A stretch of DNA of 64,000 nt, taken from the NCBI GenBank assembly GCA_963662655.2, contig CAXXTU010000002.1:2496001-2560000 (forward strand). The letters run 5' to 3'. The translations under genes and the position numbers were made by a program. Shown here piece by piece: positions 10,212-19,623 of the stretch. The notes beneath the pieces were generated by a model. It did no database searches. It saw nothing but the letters and a program-made list of their open reading frames with translations, and was not told the origin of the DNA. Source of the stretch: Candidatus Cloacimonadales bacterium. GTDB taxonomy: Bacteria > Cloacimonadota > Cloacimonadia > Cloacimonadales > JAIOQZ01. Every line of letters begins with the position of its first letter. Position 1 is the stretch's first letter.

Positions 10212-12182
10212 TTATTGGTACGTTTCCAAATAGGCCGATTTCACATATTCCAGAAGTTCTTTGGCGAAATCGGAAACCACGACGATCTTGTCCAGCCCGA
10301 CCTTTGCCATATTCATGTATTGCAGACGCAAGACATCCCCACCATAGAGTTCGGGGATCACGCCGGCAAAGAAGAAGCCGAGCATCTCCAGCGACGCGCA
10401 CACCTTCGCTGCCGCAGGGCTTTTCAGGGGCAGATCGATATTGACGACCTCCATCTTCTGCTGCGCCATCTCGTGCAGGTGGTGCCTTACAGCGGGAATC
10501 AGGTCTTCCCCATACTCCTGTATAACAATGTAACCTATTTTCGCCTGGAGGATAATCTTGGTTGTCAATTTCGAGAATTCCGGAAGGTTAATTTCTATCT
10601 TCCCGAATGAAGTGGAAACACGCTCCAGCCCATTCCGCTCGTAGATTTTATCGATCATGCTCTTGTGATGCAATGGCGGATAGATATACTGTTTCGGGCT
10701 CTCGTGCAGCTTAAGGTAGAACAGAACCGCAGATTGTCTCTCCTTCGCCTCTTCGGACTGGATCTTCCTGAAGTGCATGGTCGGCGGCATAAGTCCAAGA
10801 ACAATGCCTGTTTCGTTAGCGCCGAGCGTCAGATTGCCCTTCTGCGTAAACGGATGCACCGCGACCGCTTCGCTGTAGATGCCGTACATGCCTGATTCAC
10901 GCGCGTGATCGATCAGGAAGTTCTTCAGGTGCTTGAACAAACCGCGCCCACGATAGCGGGGATCGACAACCGCCATTCCCGATTCGCCCACTTTTGCGTC
11001 GGCGGTTGGCAGGCTCAAGCCGAGATGCCCGACCAATTCGCCGTCCTTGCCGATAACGACCACGGAACGTAGCAACCCGCGATCGAGCAAATCCTGCGTC
11101 TTCTCGGGATAGTAGATGAATCCCATGGCGTACGAATAGCCGTAGGAGCGATAGATGCACCTCGCCAACGCATCGGTATCACCGGGTTCGATGAGTCGTA
11201 TAACCGTCTTTGTCTCCGGCGGAACCATGGGAAGCTCCTTCGGCTCTTCCTCGATGTAGTCCTCGGCGCTCGTATGCGGAAGCTGTTTCACGAACTCGAT
11301 CCGCTTGCCGTCGATACCCATGCTGAGGAAACGGACCTCCTCCACCAGTCCCTTCATGAGCTTGACGCCCAATCCGCCTTCCGAATGATCGAGCTTGCTG
11401 AAATCGTACGGCAAACCCTTATCGGCCACAGAGACTTGAATCGTGGCGGGGCCCTTCTCGATGATCACGTCGTAATAGCCTTTTTCATCGGGATCGAAGG
11501 CGTGCTGGATTACGTTGACCAGCGCTTCCTCCACCGCTATTTCCAGCTTCACCGCCTGCGATTCCTCCAGTCCGTAGCGAACGACCGTCTGATGAACAAA
11601 CGCAAGTACGTCCCGGAGAGATTCCATCTCCGCGAGGTTTCTTATGGTTGCGATCATATCTCTGGACATATAGATTTTTCTCCTTTTTCCCTCTTCCAAT
11701 TGCCTGTTCAAGCCATTCATCCATTCCCTGTATCTTTCCCACCATGATGGAAGTTTGAATCCGCATTGCGGGCATTCCCCAATAAACCGGTTGGTATAGG
11801 CGCCGCATTCGGGACATTTCCATATCCTGTTTTGCCCGTCGAGCCAGACCTCAAGTCCGAACGCCTTAATAATGCCCAAGCTGCCTATCGCGCTTGGCAG
11901 GTGCGGAAATCTGGCATTTTCGAAATGGATAAAATCCTTGCAGGGGAACTCGTCGCAATCAACGCAAAACTCGATCCCTCTTTTTCTGGCACATTCCTTT
12001 AGTTTACACGGAGATCGACGTGCGTCCCAGTGATCGCTTTTGCATCCATAGCAAGTCCTGCGCTGCTTCTTCCCATCTATACCCAGCGGAAAATACTCGC
12101 CTGTCTCCAGGCAGTTTTCGCAGGACGCGCAGAAGTTTCCGCAATAGGAGTCGAAACGAACTTCTCCCAGATAGCTAGCCAT
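10212..12182 (-). CDS. In-frame fusion of a Cys-rich DUF3795-like domain with an RsbW-like HATPase plus GNAT acetyltransferase; probable internal start at 11669
   Basis: CGNFCASC, CYGC, CKLKECA, FCVDCDEFPC, CPECG, CPQCG; then EEALVNVIQHA, DKG, GGLGVKLM; then VVDPRYRGRGL. Confidence 0.75.
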   Translation of the reverse strand: MASYLGEVRFDSYCGNFCASCENCLETGEYFPLGIDGKKQRRTCYGCKSDHWDARRSPCKLKECARKRGIEFCVDCDEFPCKDFIHFENARFPHLPSAIGSLGIIKAFGLEVWLDGQNRIWKCPECGAYTNRFIGECPQCGFKLPSWWERYREWMNGLNRQLEEGKRRKIYMSRDMIATIRNLAEMESLRDVLAFVHQTVVRYGLEESQAVKLEIAVEEALVNVIQHAFDPDEKGYYDVIIEKGPATIQVSVADKGLPYDFSKLDHSEGGLGVKLMKGLVEEVRFLSMGIDGKRIEFVKQLPHTSAEDYIEEEPKELPMVPPETKTVIRLIEPGDTDALARCIYRSYGYSYAMGFIYYPEKTQDLLDRGLLRSVVVIGKDGELVGHLGLSLPTADAKVGESGMAVVDPRYRGRGLFKHLKNFLIDHARESGMYGIYSEAVAVHPFTQKGNLTLGANETGIVLGLMPPTMHFRKIQSEEAKERQSAVLFYLKLHESPKQYIYPPLHHKSMIDKIYERNGLERVSTSFGKIEINLPEFSKLTTKIILQAKIGYIVIQEYGEDLIPAVRHHLHEMAQQKMEVVNIDLPLKSPAAAKVCASLEMLGFFFAGVIPELYGGDVLRLQYMNMAKVGLDKIVVVSDFAKELLEYVKSAYLETYQ

Positions 12183-12993
12183 TCTTGTTGATGATACGGA
12201 CGTCTCTTTGCGGGAATGGAATTCCGATTCCGTTGGCATCGAAAGCCTTTTTCACTTTCTCCTGCGTCTCGAAGAACACATCCCAGTAGTCTGCGCCCTT
12301 TACGTGGGGGCGTATCGCCAGATTTACCGAGCTTTCGCCAAGTTCCGCAACCGCGACAGTGTAAGGCGGGTCTTTCAGCACGCGCGTATCCGCGTCGAGG
12401 ATGTCCCTCACCACTTGTTTGGCTTTATCGATATCCGCGCTGTAGGCAATTCCGATCGTCAGATCGACACGCCGTATCGGGGAAGTGCTGAAATTGACGA
12501 TCGTATCGCCGGTTATCTTCGCGTTGGGGATGATAATCTTCTTCTTGTCCGGCGTGGAAAGCGTTGTCACGAAAATCTGTATCTCTTCCACAACACCGAT
12601 TGATCCGCCCATCTGCACAACGTCACCGACTTCGAATGGACGAAAGATAACTAACATCACGCCCGATGCGAAATTGGACAAAGAACCCTGCAATGCCAGG
12701 CCGACAGCCAAACCGGCAGCACCGAGAATCGCGACGAACGACGTCGTCTGGATCTCGAGCTTGTTGATTGCCGCGACGATGGTGAAGACCATTATGCCGA
12801 TGAAGGTCAGGTTTCCCACAAAAACCGCCAGTGTCTTGCCGCCTTTTGATTTCGATACAACCTTCTTGACGCTCCAGGTAAGGATTCCGGCCAGAATCCT
12901 GCCTACGACTAATATGATGACAGCAGCAAGAACCTTCCATCCATACTGCTCCACGAGTTTGAAAAACGTTGCCTGGATATTCTCTAAGCTCAT
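12175..12993 (-). CDS. mscS: Small-conductance mechanosensitive channel
   Basis: GAAGLAVGLALQGSLSNFASG, RPFEVGD, IPN, GIPFPQRDV. Confidence 0.95.
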   Translation of the reverse strand: MSLENIQATFFKLVEQYGWKVLAAVIILVVGRILAGILTWSVKKVVSKSKGGKTLAVFVGNLTFIGIMVFTIVAAINKLEIQTTSFVAILGAAGLAVGLALQGSLSNFASGVMLVIFRPFEVGDVVQMGGSIGVVEEIQIFVTTLSTPDKKKIIIPNAKITGDTIVNFSTSPIRRVDLTIGIAYSADIDKAKQVVRDILDADTRVLKDPPYTVAVAELGESSVNLAIRPHVKGADYWDVFFETQEKVKKAFDANGIGIPFPQRDVRIINKNG

Positions 12994-13371
12994 GCGACGC
13001 TCCTTGTTTTTTCTTATTATGTAGCAAATCGGATTCTAGTCGTCAATGAAAAAAGGCTGCCCTGCGTAAGAAAGTTCCTATTCAATTTTATTCCTCTCCT
13101 TTCAATTTCCTTGTTTGATATCGATATTCTGCATTCAGTACACCCATTTATAAACTCGCTTCTCGCTCCAGTTTCACGATCCGGGCAAAAATTGCTTTAC
13201 TATTTATGCTCGCATGACGACTTTAACCGTATATTACAATTTCCGCTTTGATAGGCCATAAGCTGGAAACTAGAAGAAGCGGAAATTGTTCTCAGAGAGG
13301 ATTTTCCGTTTGAAAGGCCGGGCGTATTTGTGGCATTTCAAACGAAAACCGTATAATAAAATGAGGTAGAT

Positions 13372-14337
13372 ATGCGCATTTACGTTATCGGATCGGGGAA
13401 CTGGGGTACCACCCTCGCGACGCTCTTCTGCGAGAAGAACGACGTTCACTTGTGGACGATCGATCAGCAGGAAGCGGATCAGATCAATTCTTCTCATGAG
13501 AACAGGGCCTTTTTGCCCGGGAAGAAGCTACCGGCTTCCATCATCGTGGAGTGCAAATACAGCCATCCGATCGAGCCGGAAGACCTGGTGATCCTCGCGA
13601 TCCCGTCCCGCAGAATCGAATCGGTGGCCATCGAGCTGAAGAAAACCAGAGTCGCCAACATCCTGAATGTTTCCAAGGGACTCAAGCACGACACGCTCAT
13701 GACGGTCCAGGAGATCGTCAAGCAACACCTGCCGGATGTGAAATTCGCAACCCTGAGCGGACCGACCATATCGCGGGAAATCGCGAACGGGCTCCCCGCG
13801 AAAGCCGTGCTTGCATCCAGCGACCTCCAACTGCTTATGACCTTGCAGAAAGCGCTACAGAACAAGCTGCTGGTCTTCGAGTTCAGCCGCGACATTACTG
13901 GAATCGAACTCTGCGGATCTCTCAAGGGGCTGATCGCCATCGCTGTGGGTATCGCCGATGGACTGGGCCTCGAGACGAACATTCACGGCCTGATCATGAC
14001 ATACGGCTTGCAAGAGTTTGCAACCGTACTGGAGTTTCTGGGGGTTTCCACCAAAACCGTTTACGGCATCGCTGGCGCTGGCGACCTGATCACGACCTGC
14101 CTTTCGGAGAACAGCCGCAATCGCCGGTTCGGGAATTTTCTCGGTCAGGGGCTTTCCCGCAACGACGCCCTGGAAAAAGTCGGGATGGTTGTGGAAGGGG
14201 TTTCCATGGCAAAGACGATCCAACAGCTATCGCGGTTCAATCTCAGCATTCCGTTGTTCGATTCCATCGCCAGAATCATTTTCGAGCCGGTGAACGACGT
14301 TCGCGAGGCGTTGCTCAAGCCGCTGCTATATCGTTGA
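13372..14337 (+). CDS. gpsA: NAD(P)H-dependent glycerol-3-phosphate dehydrogenase
   Basis: GSGNWGT, SKG, LSGP, GDLITTC..SRNRRFG, VEGV. Confidence 0.93.
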   Translation: MRIYVIGSGNWGTTLATLFCEKNDVHLWTIDQQEADQINSSHENRAFLPGKKLPASIIVECKYSHPIEPEDLVILAIPSRRIESVAIELKKTRVANILNVSKGLKHDTLMTVQEIVKQHLPDVKFATLSGPTISREIANGLPAKAVLASSDLQLLMTLQKALQNKLLVFEFSRDITGIELCGSLKGLIAIAVGIADGLGLETNIHGLIMTYGLQEFATVLEFLGVSTKTVYGIAGAGDLITTCLSENSRNRRFGNFLGQGLSRNDALEKVGMVVEGVSMAKTIQQLSRFNLSIPLFDSIARIIFEPVNDVREALLKPLLYR

Positions 14338-14398
14338 ATGCCGCCGGTTTTCATTGTTGTAATGTATTGCAAACATAAAGAAGTGCCCTAAAAAATCA

Positions 14399-14427
14399 TT
14401 GCCAAAAAAAACATGAATACGTATTAT
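14399..14427 (+). promoter_or_regulatory. Sigma70-type promoter for the hypothetical-ndk-EamA operon
   Basis: TTGCCA-N17-TATTAT. Confidence 0.5.
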
Positions 14428-14484
14428 CGGCAATAATCATTACCGGATTCGGTTCAAGAAATAAAGAGAATTGTGGAGGTTTCC

Positions 14485-14811
14485 ATGCCAAACGAAGTTA
14501 AACCGGAGATGCAAATCAACTTCGAAAGTCTTCTGAAACAGGGATTTGCCGTTATCGACGTACGATACCGCGAATACGAAATTTCCTCTGAAGTTTATAA
14601 ATACGTTATCGCGCACGTCGAGAAGGATCGCGAATCGTTCTACGCGGAGATGCTCAAGCACTACCTGAACAAAGACGTCAAGGACAAGAACGTCCTGGAC
14701 CTCTGGGTGAAGATTCTCAAGCACAAACTCAGAATGAGCGAGCTCCTCAATCGCGACATATCCATCAAAGTGGCCGCACTGGATTATTTCGAAACCGAAG
14801 GCCATAATTGA
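14485..14811 (+). CDS. Hypothetical protein with a DUF4032-like C-terminal helix motif
   Basis: GGAGG RBS; LWVKILKHKLRMSELLNRDISIKVAALDYF resembles the HKW..SE..GRD...AA.D motif. Confidence 0.6.
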   Translation: MPNEVKPEMQINFESLLKQGFAVIDVRYREYEISSEVYKYVIAHVEKDRESFYAEMLKHYLNKDVKDKNVLDLWVKILKHKLRMSELLNRDISIKVAALDYFETEGHN

Positions 14812-15230
14812 TGAGCCGTGCGCTGCTTCTGATCAAACCGAACGCTACGAAGAAGCACGTTAGCGGTGCAATTCTCAAAATGATCGAAGAAGCCGGGTTC
14901 GAGATTGTCGCTATGAAAATGCTTCGGATGGATCGCGCATTCGCCGAAACATTTTACGATGTGCACAGGGGAAAATCGTTCTTTGAGAGATTGATCGACT
15001 TCATGATATCCGGTAAAACAATCGCCGTCGCGCTGCAAAAGGATAACGCGGTAACCTCTCTACGTGAATTCATCGGCGCGACGAATCCCGATGAAGCAGC
15101 GGAAGGTACCATTCGCAGGCTCTACGGCGATACCGTTACTTTCAATGCGGTCCACGCTTCCGACAGCGATGATAACGCCCGGAAGGAACTGGCTTTCGTT
15201 TTCCCCGAACTAGACACCGACCCATCGTAA
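14808..15230 (+). CDS. ndk: Nucleoside diphosphate kinase
   Basis: IKPNA, FYDVHRGKSFF, GATNP, GTIR, NAVHASDS. Confidence 0.96.
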   Translation: MMSRALLLIKPNATKKHVSGAILKMIEEAGFEIVAMKMLRMDRAFAETFYDVHRGKSFFERLIDFMISGKTIAVALQKDNAVTSLREFIGATNPDEAAEGTIRRLYGDTVTFNAVHASDSDDNARKELAFVFPELDTDPS

Positions 15231-15245
15231 TTTTTTGAGCAAGAA

Positions 15246-16064
15246 ATGATATATCTTGTCCTGAGCATCATCTGCTCAGTCATGATTGCCAATTTTCTCA
15301 AATTCATCTCTCATCGCAAAAACATCTCATTTCTTACAATGTTCATGGGCAATTACTTCATTGCCTCGATCATGAGCTTTTCCATTAACGAAACTCCGAT
15401 CATGCAGACGGATCGCTTCGATATCTTCATGGGCGGCATTGCCGGCGTCATGCTGATCAGCTGTTTCCTGATCTACAGAAAGAGCATCGTCGTATCCGGG
15501 CTGGCCGTCAGCGTCAGCGCCATGCGCGCCTCGCTCATGATTCCCGTTCTCATATCCCTGGCGCTGTTCGGTGAAAAACTCTTCTTCTGGAACTACGCGG
15601 GGATTATTCTCGTTATCGTAGCGTTCATCATCCTGGGCAAGGGCGAGCCGGTTCACGGCTTCCTTTGGATCATCGCACTCTTTGCTTCGTCCGGTATCAT
15701 GGATTCATTTTTCAAGCTGTACAAGGTATACGGAGCGCATTCGGACGGGCTGTTTCTCTTCATCGGTTTCGTCAGCTCCTTCTTCGTTACCCTGTTGATA
15801 TTGGTCTTTCAAAAGAAAACCGCCAACATCCAATCCTTTTTATGGGGTATTCTTCTGGGGATTCCCAACCAGCTTACCGTCTTTTTCTTCATGAAGTCGC
15901 TGAACACAATGCCTGCGACAATCGCTTACCCGATGAGGGCCTCGAGCATCGTATTGCTTTGCGTTGCATCCGACATCCTGTTCTGGAAGCTGAGGATCAA
16001 TCGCAAGCAGTTGATTGGTTACGGGATTATCGCAATGGGAATCGTGTTGCTGAATATTTCGTGA
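15246..16064 (+). CDS. EamA/DMT-family membrane transporter
   Basis: About 10 hydrophobic segments in two repeated halves. Confidence 0.75.
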   Translation: MIYLVLSIICSVMIANFLKFISHRKNISFLTMFMGNYFIASIMSFSINETPIMQTDRFDIFMGGIAGVMLISCFLIYRKSIVVSGLAVSVSAMRASLMIPVLISLALFGEKLFFWNYAGIILVIVAFIILGKGEPVHGFLWIIALFASSGIMDSFFKLYKVYGAHSDGLFLFIGFVSSFFVTLLILVFQKKTANIQSFLWGILLGIPNQLTVFFFMKSLNTMPATIAYPMRASSIVLLCVASDILFWKLRINRKQLIGYGIIAMGIVLLNIS

Positions 16065-16183
16065 CCGGTCTCTCGGATGGTTTTCTTCGCGAAAGGAGAT
16101 TTTCGAAGAGAATTCCGCTAACATGATTTCGTTAAACGAAATCACAACGCTCATGTTTACGTTTTGACTAGGTTGAAGCCGAA

Positions 16184-16312
16184 AATAAAAAAGGCAGATC
16201 TGAGGAATGCCGGTTCCTCGTAGGGCGATCTGCCTTAAAAGTTGGATTCGTTTGCGTAGGAGATACACAAGCACGAATCCTTAGAACAACACGTCAGGAA
16301 AGCACTATCAAA
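16184..16312 (-). ncRNA. Candidate small RNA with two hairpins and a U-tract terminator
   Basis: Hairpin GGAUUCGU..UUGUGUA-UCUCC-UACGCAA-ACGAAUCC; terminator AAGGCAGAUC..GAUCUGCCUU followed by a U-run; upstream -24/-12 motif. Confidence 0.5.
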
Positions 16313-16322
16313 CCAATTATAT

Positions 16323-16339
16323 AACAATAGCTGTGCCAA
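16323..16339 (-). promoter_or_regulatory. Sigma-54 -24/-12-like promoter
   Basis: TTGGCACAGCTATTGTT: GG-N10-GT, one deviation from GG-N10-GC. Confidence 0.5.
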
Positions 16340-16570
16340 ACCGCGCCACACGACTTAATGCATTATTTTTCATGCATTTACGCATTTAATCCGATTGATT
16401 TTATTTTCACATTCAAGAATGGGATTATCGCTTTCGAAAATGGCTTGAATGACTTGTTCTCTTGATGCGGGTTACTAATATTATCGGCAAATAATCCGAT
16501 TCTCCAATTCAAGGTCTATCAAAGCGGATATTGCATAACAAGGATTTCATCTTGTGAAGGCGATGCCCTG

Positions 16571-16603
16571 AAAAAGAAAAACCCCGCTCATCGAGCAGGG
16601 TTT
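16571..16603 (-). terminator. Intrinsic terminator of the tRNA cluster
   Basis: AAACCCTGCTC-GAT-GAGCGGGGTTT followed by T-rich tract on the minus strand. Confidence 0.75.
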
Positions 16604-16609
16604 ATAAAT

Positions 16610-16685
16610 TGGCATCCCCAGGGGGGATCGAACCCCCGTTGCCGGACTGAGAATCCGGAGTCCTAGGCCACTAGACGATGGGGAC
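16610..16685 (-). tRNA. tRNA-Glu (CUC)
   Basis: Cloverleaf GTCCCCA..TGGGGAT-G-CCA, anticodon arm CCGGA-TTCTCAG-TCCGG, GGTTCGATCC. Confidence 0.95.
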
Positions 16686-16707
16686 CTATATATTACAAAG
16701 ATCAAAG

Positions 16708-16783
16708 TGGCGACCCCTAGGGGAATCGAACCCCTGTTGCAAGAATGAAAATCTTGAGTCCTAGGCCACTAGACGAAGGGGTC
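16708..16783 (-). tRNA. tRNA-Glu (UUC)
   Basis: GACCCCT..AGGGGTC-G-CCA, anticodon arm CAAGA-TTTTCAT-TCTTG. Confidence 0.95.
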
Positions 16784-16830
16784 ATGTCTTCTCAGACAAA
16801 ACCTGAAATCACTTATAAGCTGAAAAAAAT

Positions 16831-16906
16831 TGGCGACCCCTAGGGGAATCGAACCCCTGTTGCAAGAATGAAAATCTTGAGTCCTAGGCCACTAGACGAA
16901 GGGGTC
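16831..16906 (-). tRNA. tRNA-Glu (UUC), identical second copy
   Basis: Same 76-nt sequence as 16708-16783. Confidence 0.95.
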
Positions 16907-16916
16907 GTCTAAAAAA

Positions 16917-16991
16917 TGGTGAGCCTGGATGGGATCGAACCATCGACTCTCTGCTTAAAAGGCAGATACTCTACCTCTGAGTTACAGGCCC
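16917..16991 (-). tRNA. tRNA-Lys (UUU)
   Basis: GGGCCTG..CAGGCTC-A-CCA, anticodon arm TCTGC-CTTTTAA-GCAGA. Confidence 0.95.
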
Positions 16992-17011
16992 ACACCTAAG
17001 TACGTTGCGCC

Positions 17012-17039
17012 AAACTAAAAATGAGTGTTTGAGTGTCAA
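17012..17039 (-). promoter_or_regulatory. Promoter of the tRNA cluster
   Basis: TTGACA-N16-TAGTTT followed by GC-rich GGCGC. Confidence 0.55.
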
Positions 17040-17100
17040 TGAAAAATTCAGGTATTTTCCAAACTTTTCTTCGAGCTACTTCCATGCCTTCTGATAAGCC

Positions 17101-17145
17101 AAAAGAAAACCCATGCCCGATTCCGCGTCCGGAGTCCGGCATGGG
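17101..17145 (-). terminator. Intrinsic terminator after tpx
   Basis: CCCATGCC..GGCATGGG stem plus T-tract on the minus strand. Confidence 0.7.
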
Positions 17146-17171
17146 ATACGGTTAGAGTATCAGTAGGGAAT

Positions 17172-17672
17172 CTATAATAGCGCTTTCAGTGCGTTCTCAT
17201 AGTCCGGTTCTTGAGCGATCTCAGGAACCAGCTCGGTATATTTGACAACTCCGTTTTCATCAAGGATCACGACAGCGCGCGCCAGAAGTCCTTCCATCGG
17301 ACCGTCGACGATGTTCAGGCCATAATCGGCTGCGAAATCATCGTTGCGCATCATGCTCAATGTAACGACATCCTTCAAGCCCTCTGCACCGCAAAAACGA
17401 GCCATTGCGAACGGCAGGTCTTTCGAGATACACAGGACGACTGTATTTTCGAGGTTGCTTGCTTCTGCATTGAATGTACGGACCGACATCGCGCACACCG
17501 CGGTATCGATGCTCGGGAATATATTCATGACGATCTTCTTTCCGGCGAAATCAGCCAGACTCGCGTTATGCAAATCCTGTTTCACCAACCGAAAATCTTT
17601 CGCTTTGCTTCCGATCGCAGGTAAATCTCCACTCGTGTGGAAGGGATTTCCTTGTAGGGTTATCTGTGCCAT
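17172..17672 (-). CDS. tpx: Thiol peroxidase
   Basis: [36 protein letters not shown]. Confidence 0.95.
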   Translation of the reverse strand: MAQITLQGNPFHTSGDLPAIGSKAKDFRLVKQDLHNASLADFAGKKIVMNIFPSIDTAVCAMSVRTFNAEASNLENTVVLCISKDLPFAMARFCGAEGLKDVVTLSMMRNDDFAADYGLNIVDGPMEGLLARAVVILDENGVVKYTELVPEIAQEPDYENALKALL

Positions 17673-17711
17673 TTTATTTTCTCCAATCAAATTTTTATTT
17701 CATTACATAGT

Positions 17712-18200
17712 TTAAGCAATGCCTGGAGAATAGCAAATCCCTTCTATCGCGATAAGTGTTTTTTTTGCATCGATACCGGCAGAGAACCCACCGATCCCTC
17801 CATCTTTCCGCAGAATTCGATGACACGGCACGACAATCAGCAGTGGATTTCTACCTACCGCACCTCCGACAGCCCGTGCGGCCCCCGGCTTCCCGATCTC
17901 CTTCGCAATCTCCCCGTAGCTTTTCCACTCTCCGAAGGGGACCGTAAGCAGTTTCTCCCATACTCTTTGATCGAAAGCGCTTCCGCGCAACTCGATCGGG
18001 AAATCGAACTGCCGTCTCTCTCCGGCGAAGTAGGCCGTCAACTGCCTTTCCGCTTCGGCAAGCAGCGGTGATGTGCCTGAATCTTTCCCGTGCTTCGGCT
18101 GATCCACGCGCTCGATACGAATGATGGTCTCATCTTCCTGCGTGATTTGCAAGCCGCCGAACGGCGCTTTCAACCACAAGCTCTTCTGAACCAATATCAC
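17712..18200 (-). CDS. ogt: Methylated-DNA--protein-cysteine methyltransferase
   Basis: SYGEIA, ARAVGGAVGRNP, active site PCHR. Confidence 0.92.
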   Translation of the reverse strand: MILVQKSLWLKAPFGGLQITQEDETIIRIERVDQPKHGKDSGTSPLLAEAERQLTAYFAGERRQFDFPIELRGSAFDQRVWEKLLTVPFGEWKSYGEIAKEIGKPGAARAVGGAVGRNPLLIVVPCHRILRKDGGIGGFSAGIDAKKTLIAIEGICYSPGIA

Positions 18201-18571
18201 ACTCCGTAGTAGATCGATTGGTTGGTTTTCACCGCGTTCAAAAGCTTCAGCACGGCTGCCACGGCCCCGGCGATCTCATCGCCTTCGTATTCGGCGATGG
18301 GGAGTCCCGCTGTCAGCATACCCTTGAACACTTTTGTGCCGTTCATGATGGCGATGGGCATCCCGCCAGCGAATCCACCCTGATATACCTTGGAATCCTT
18401 CACAACAGCAATCGCCTGCCCCGCCTTGTAACTTCCGGCGTAAATCTTGTTGTCATCTATGTTCAACACGGCAGCGCCGCTCTTATATCCGCCCATATAC
18501 ACCTTCCCGTCCTCAACGATCGCGATCGGCCCACGAGCGTGGTTTTCACCGTCAAATATCACCTGTTTCAT
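18197..18571 (-). CDS. Hypothetical beta-repeat protein (five ~19-aa repeats)
   Basis: GGAGG RBS; repeats K(V/I)(Y/F)xG...G.(P/A)(I/V)A; 4-nt overlap with ogt. Confidence 0.7.
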   Translation of the reverse strand: MKQVIFDGENHARGPIAIVEDGKVYMGGYKSGAAVLNIDDNKIYAGSYKAGQAIAVVKDSKVYQGGFAGGMPIAIMNGTKVFKGMLTAGLPIAEYEGDEIAGAVAAVLKLLNAVKTNQSIYYGV

Positions 18572-18751
18572 GCTCGACCTCCTCATCTGCATCAACTTAG
18601 TATTTTTATACCATATTGCAAAATTCGATCCGTAAATTCCGACAGACACTCCGTCTTAAAGAAAAATCATTCTGCGCAATCAGGGTACGTGTTCCCTCAA
18701 TTATCTGTTGACGTGTTTTATTGCCTGTAAGAATCTCACCCCGAGGTTATT

Positions 18752-19201
18752 ATGGTAAAACGGTTTAAAAATAGAAAAGCGAGTTTCCAGTACTACTTCG
18801 TGGAAGAAGTCGAAGCAGGGATTTCCCTTTCCGGAACGGAGATCAAGTCCCTTCGCGATGGGAAAATGAATTTCAAGGACTCCTACGCGAGAATCGACGG
18901 GAATGAAGTGTGGCTGGTCAACTTGCATATCAGTCCCTACGAAAAGGGGACGTATTTCAACCACGATCCCGAGCGCAAGCGCAAGCTGCTTCTGCACAAA
19001 CGCGAGATCAAGCGCCTCCTTTCCAAGATCGAAGAGAAGGGTATGACGTTGGTACCGAAGGAAGTTTACATTAACGACCGGGGGCTTGCCAAGGTTCTTC
19101 TCGCCCTTGCCAAGGGTAAGCACACCTACGATAAGAGCGACACGGTGAAAGAGAGAGATGAGGCCCGTGACATGGCGCGGACCATGAAGAATTGGAAATG
19201 A
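18752..19201 (+). CDS. smpB: SsrA-binding protein
   Basis: NRKA, EAGISLSGTEIKSLR, RKRKLLLHK, KGKHTYDK. Confidence 0.97.
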   Translation: MVKRFKNRKASFQYYFVEEVEAGISLSGTEIKSLRDGKMNFKDSYARIDGNEVWLVNLHISPYEKGTYFNHDPERKRKLLLHKREIKRLLSKIEEKGMTLVPKEVYINDRGLAKVLLALAKGKHTYDKSDTVKERDEARDMARTMKNWK

Positions 19202-19350
19202 TCCACAAAGCAATATATCTTAATAAATAACTTAAGACGAAGGGTGTTTCCAGCCTGAACTGCCCTAAAAATACACGGGAACCCCATTTATTAATTGACA
19301 GATTTTTTTGTATCCTGTTTACTTAAAAAAAAACGTACGATGGGTTCAAT

Positions 19351-19623
19351 GTGGAAGTTTACGACATCACCGTTTCAGGAAGAGTTCAGGGAGTCGGGTA
19401 CCGATTCTATTGCCAGAAAACGGCTCAACTGCTGGATATAAAAGGCAGTGTCCGCAATGCCGGTGACGGATCGGTGGTCATCCACGCTTCCGGAAGTGAG
19501 TCCAATCTGCACGAGTTCATCTCGTTGCTTCGCCAGGGCCCGATGTTCGCAAATGTATCCGATATCAACATTCAAACTTCGTCAAAACCTGTTGTAGAAC
19601 ATGGCTTTCAAATCAAATACTAA
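19351..19623 (+). CDS. acyP: Acylphosphatase
   Basis: GRVQGVGYR, GSVRN..DGSV. Confidence 0.92.
   Translation: MEVYDITVSGRVQGVGYRFYCQKTAQLLDIKGSVRNAGDGSVVIHASGSESNLHEFISLLRQGPMFANVSDINIQTSSKPVVEHGFQIKY

Noticed and set aside
13180..13197. Possible sigma-54 motif CCGGGCAAAAATTGC
   Set aside because: Spacing is GG-N9-GC rather than N10, and there is no TGGCA core
16708..16906. Exact 76-nt direct repeat resembling an array or duplication
   Set aside because: Two identical tRNA-Glu genes; not CRISPR, and no cas or integrase nearby
18752..19350. tmRNA expected near smpB
   Set aside because: No tRNA-Ala-like ends or tag ORF in the flanking intergenic DNA
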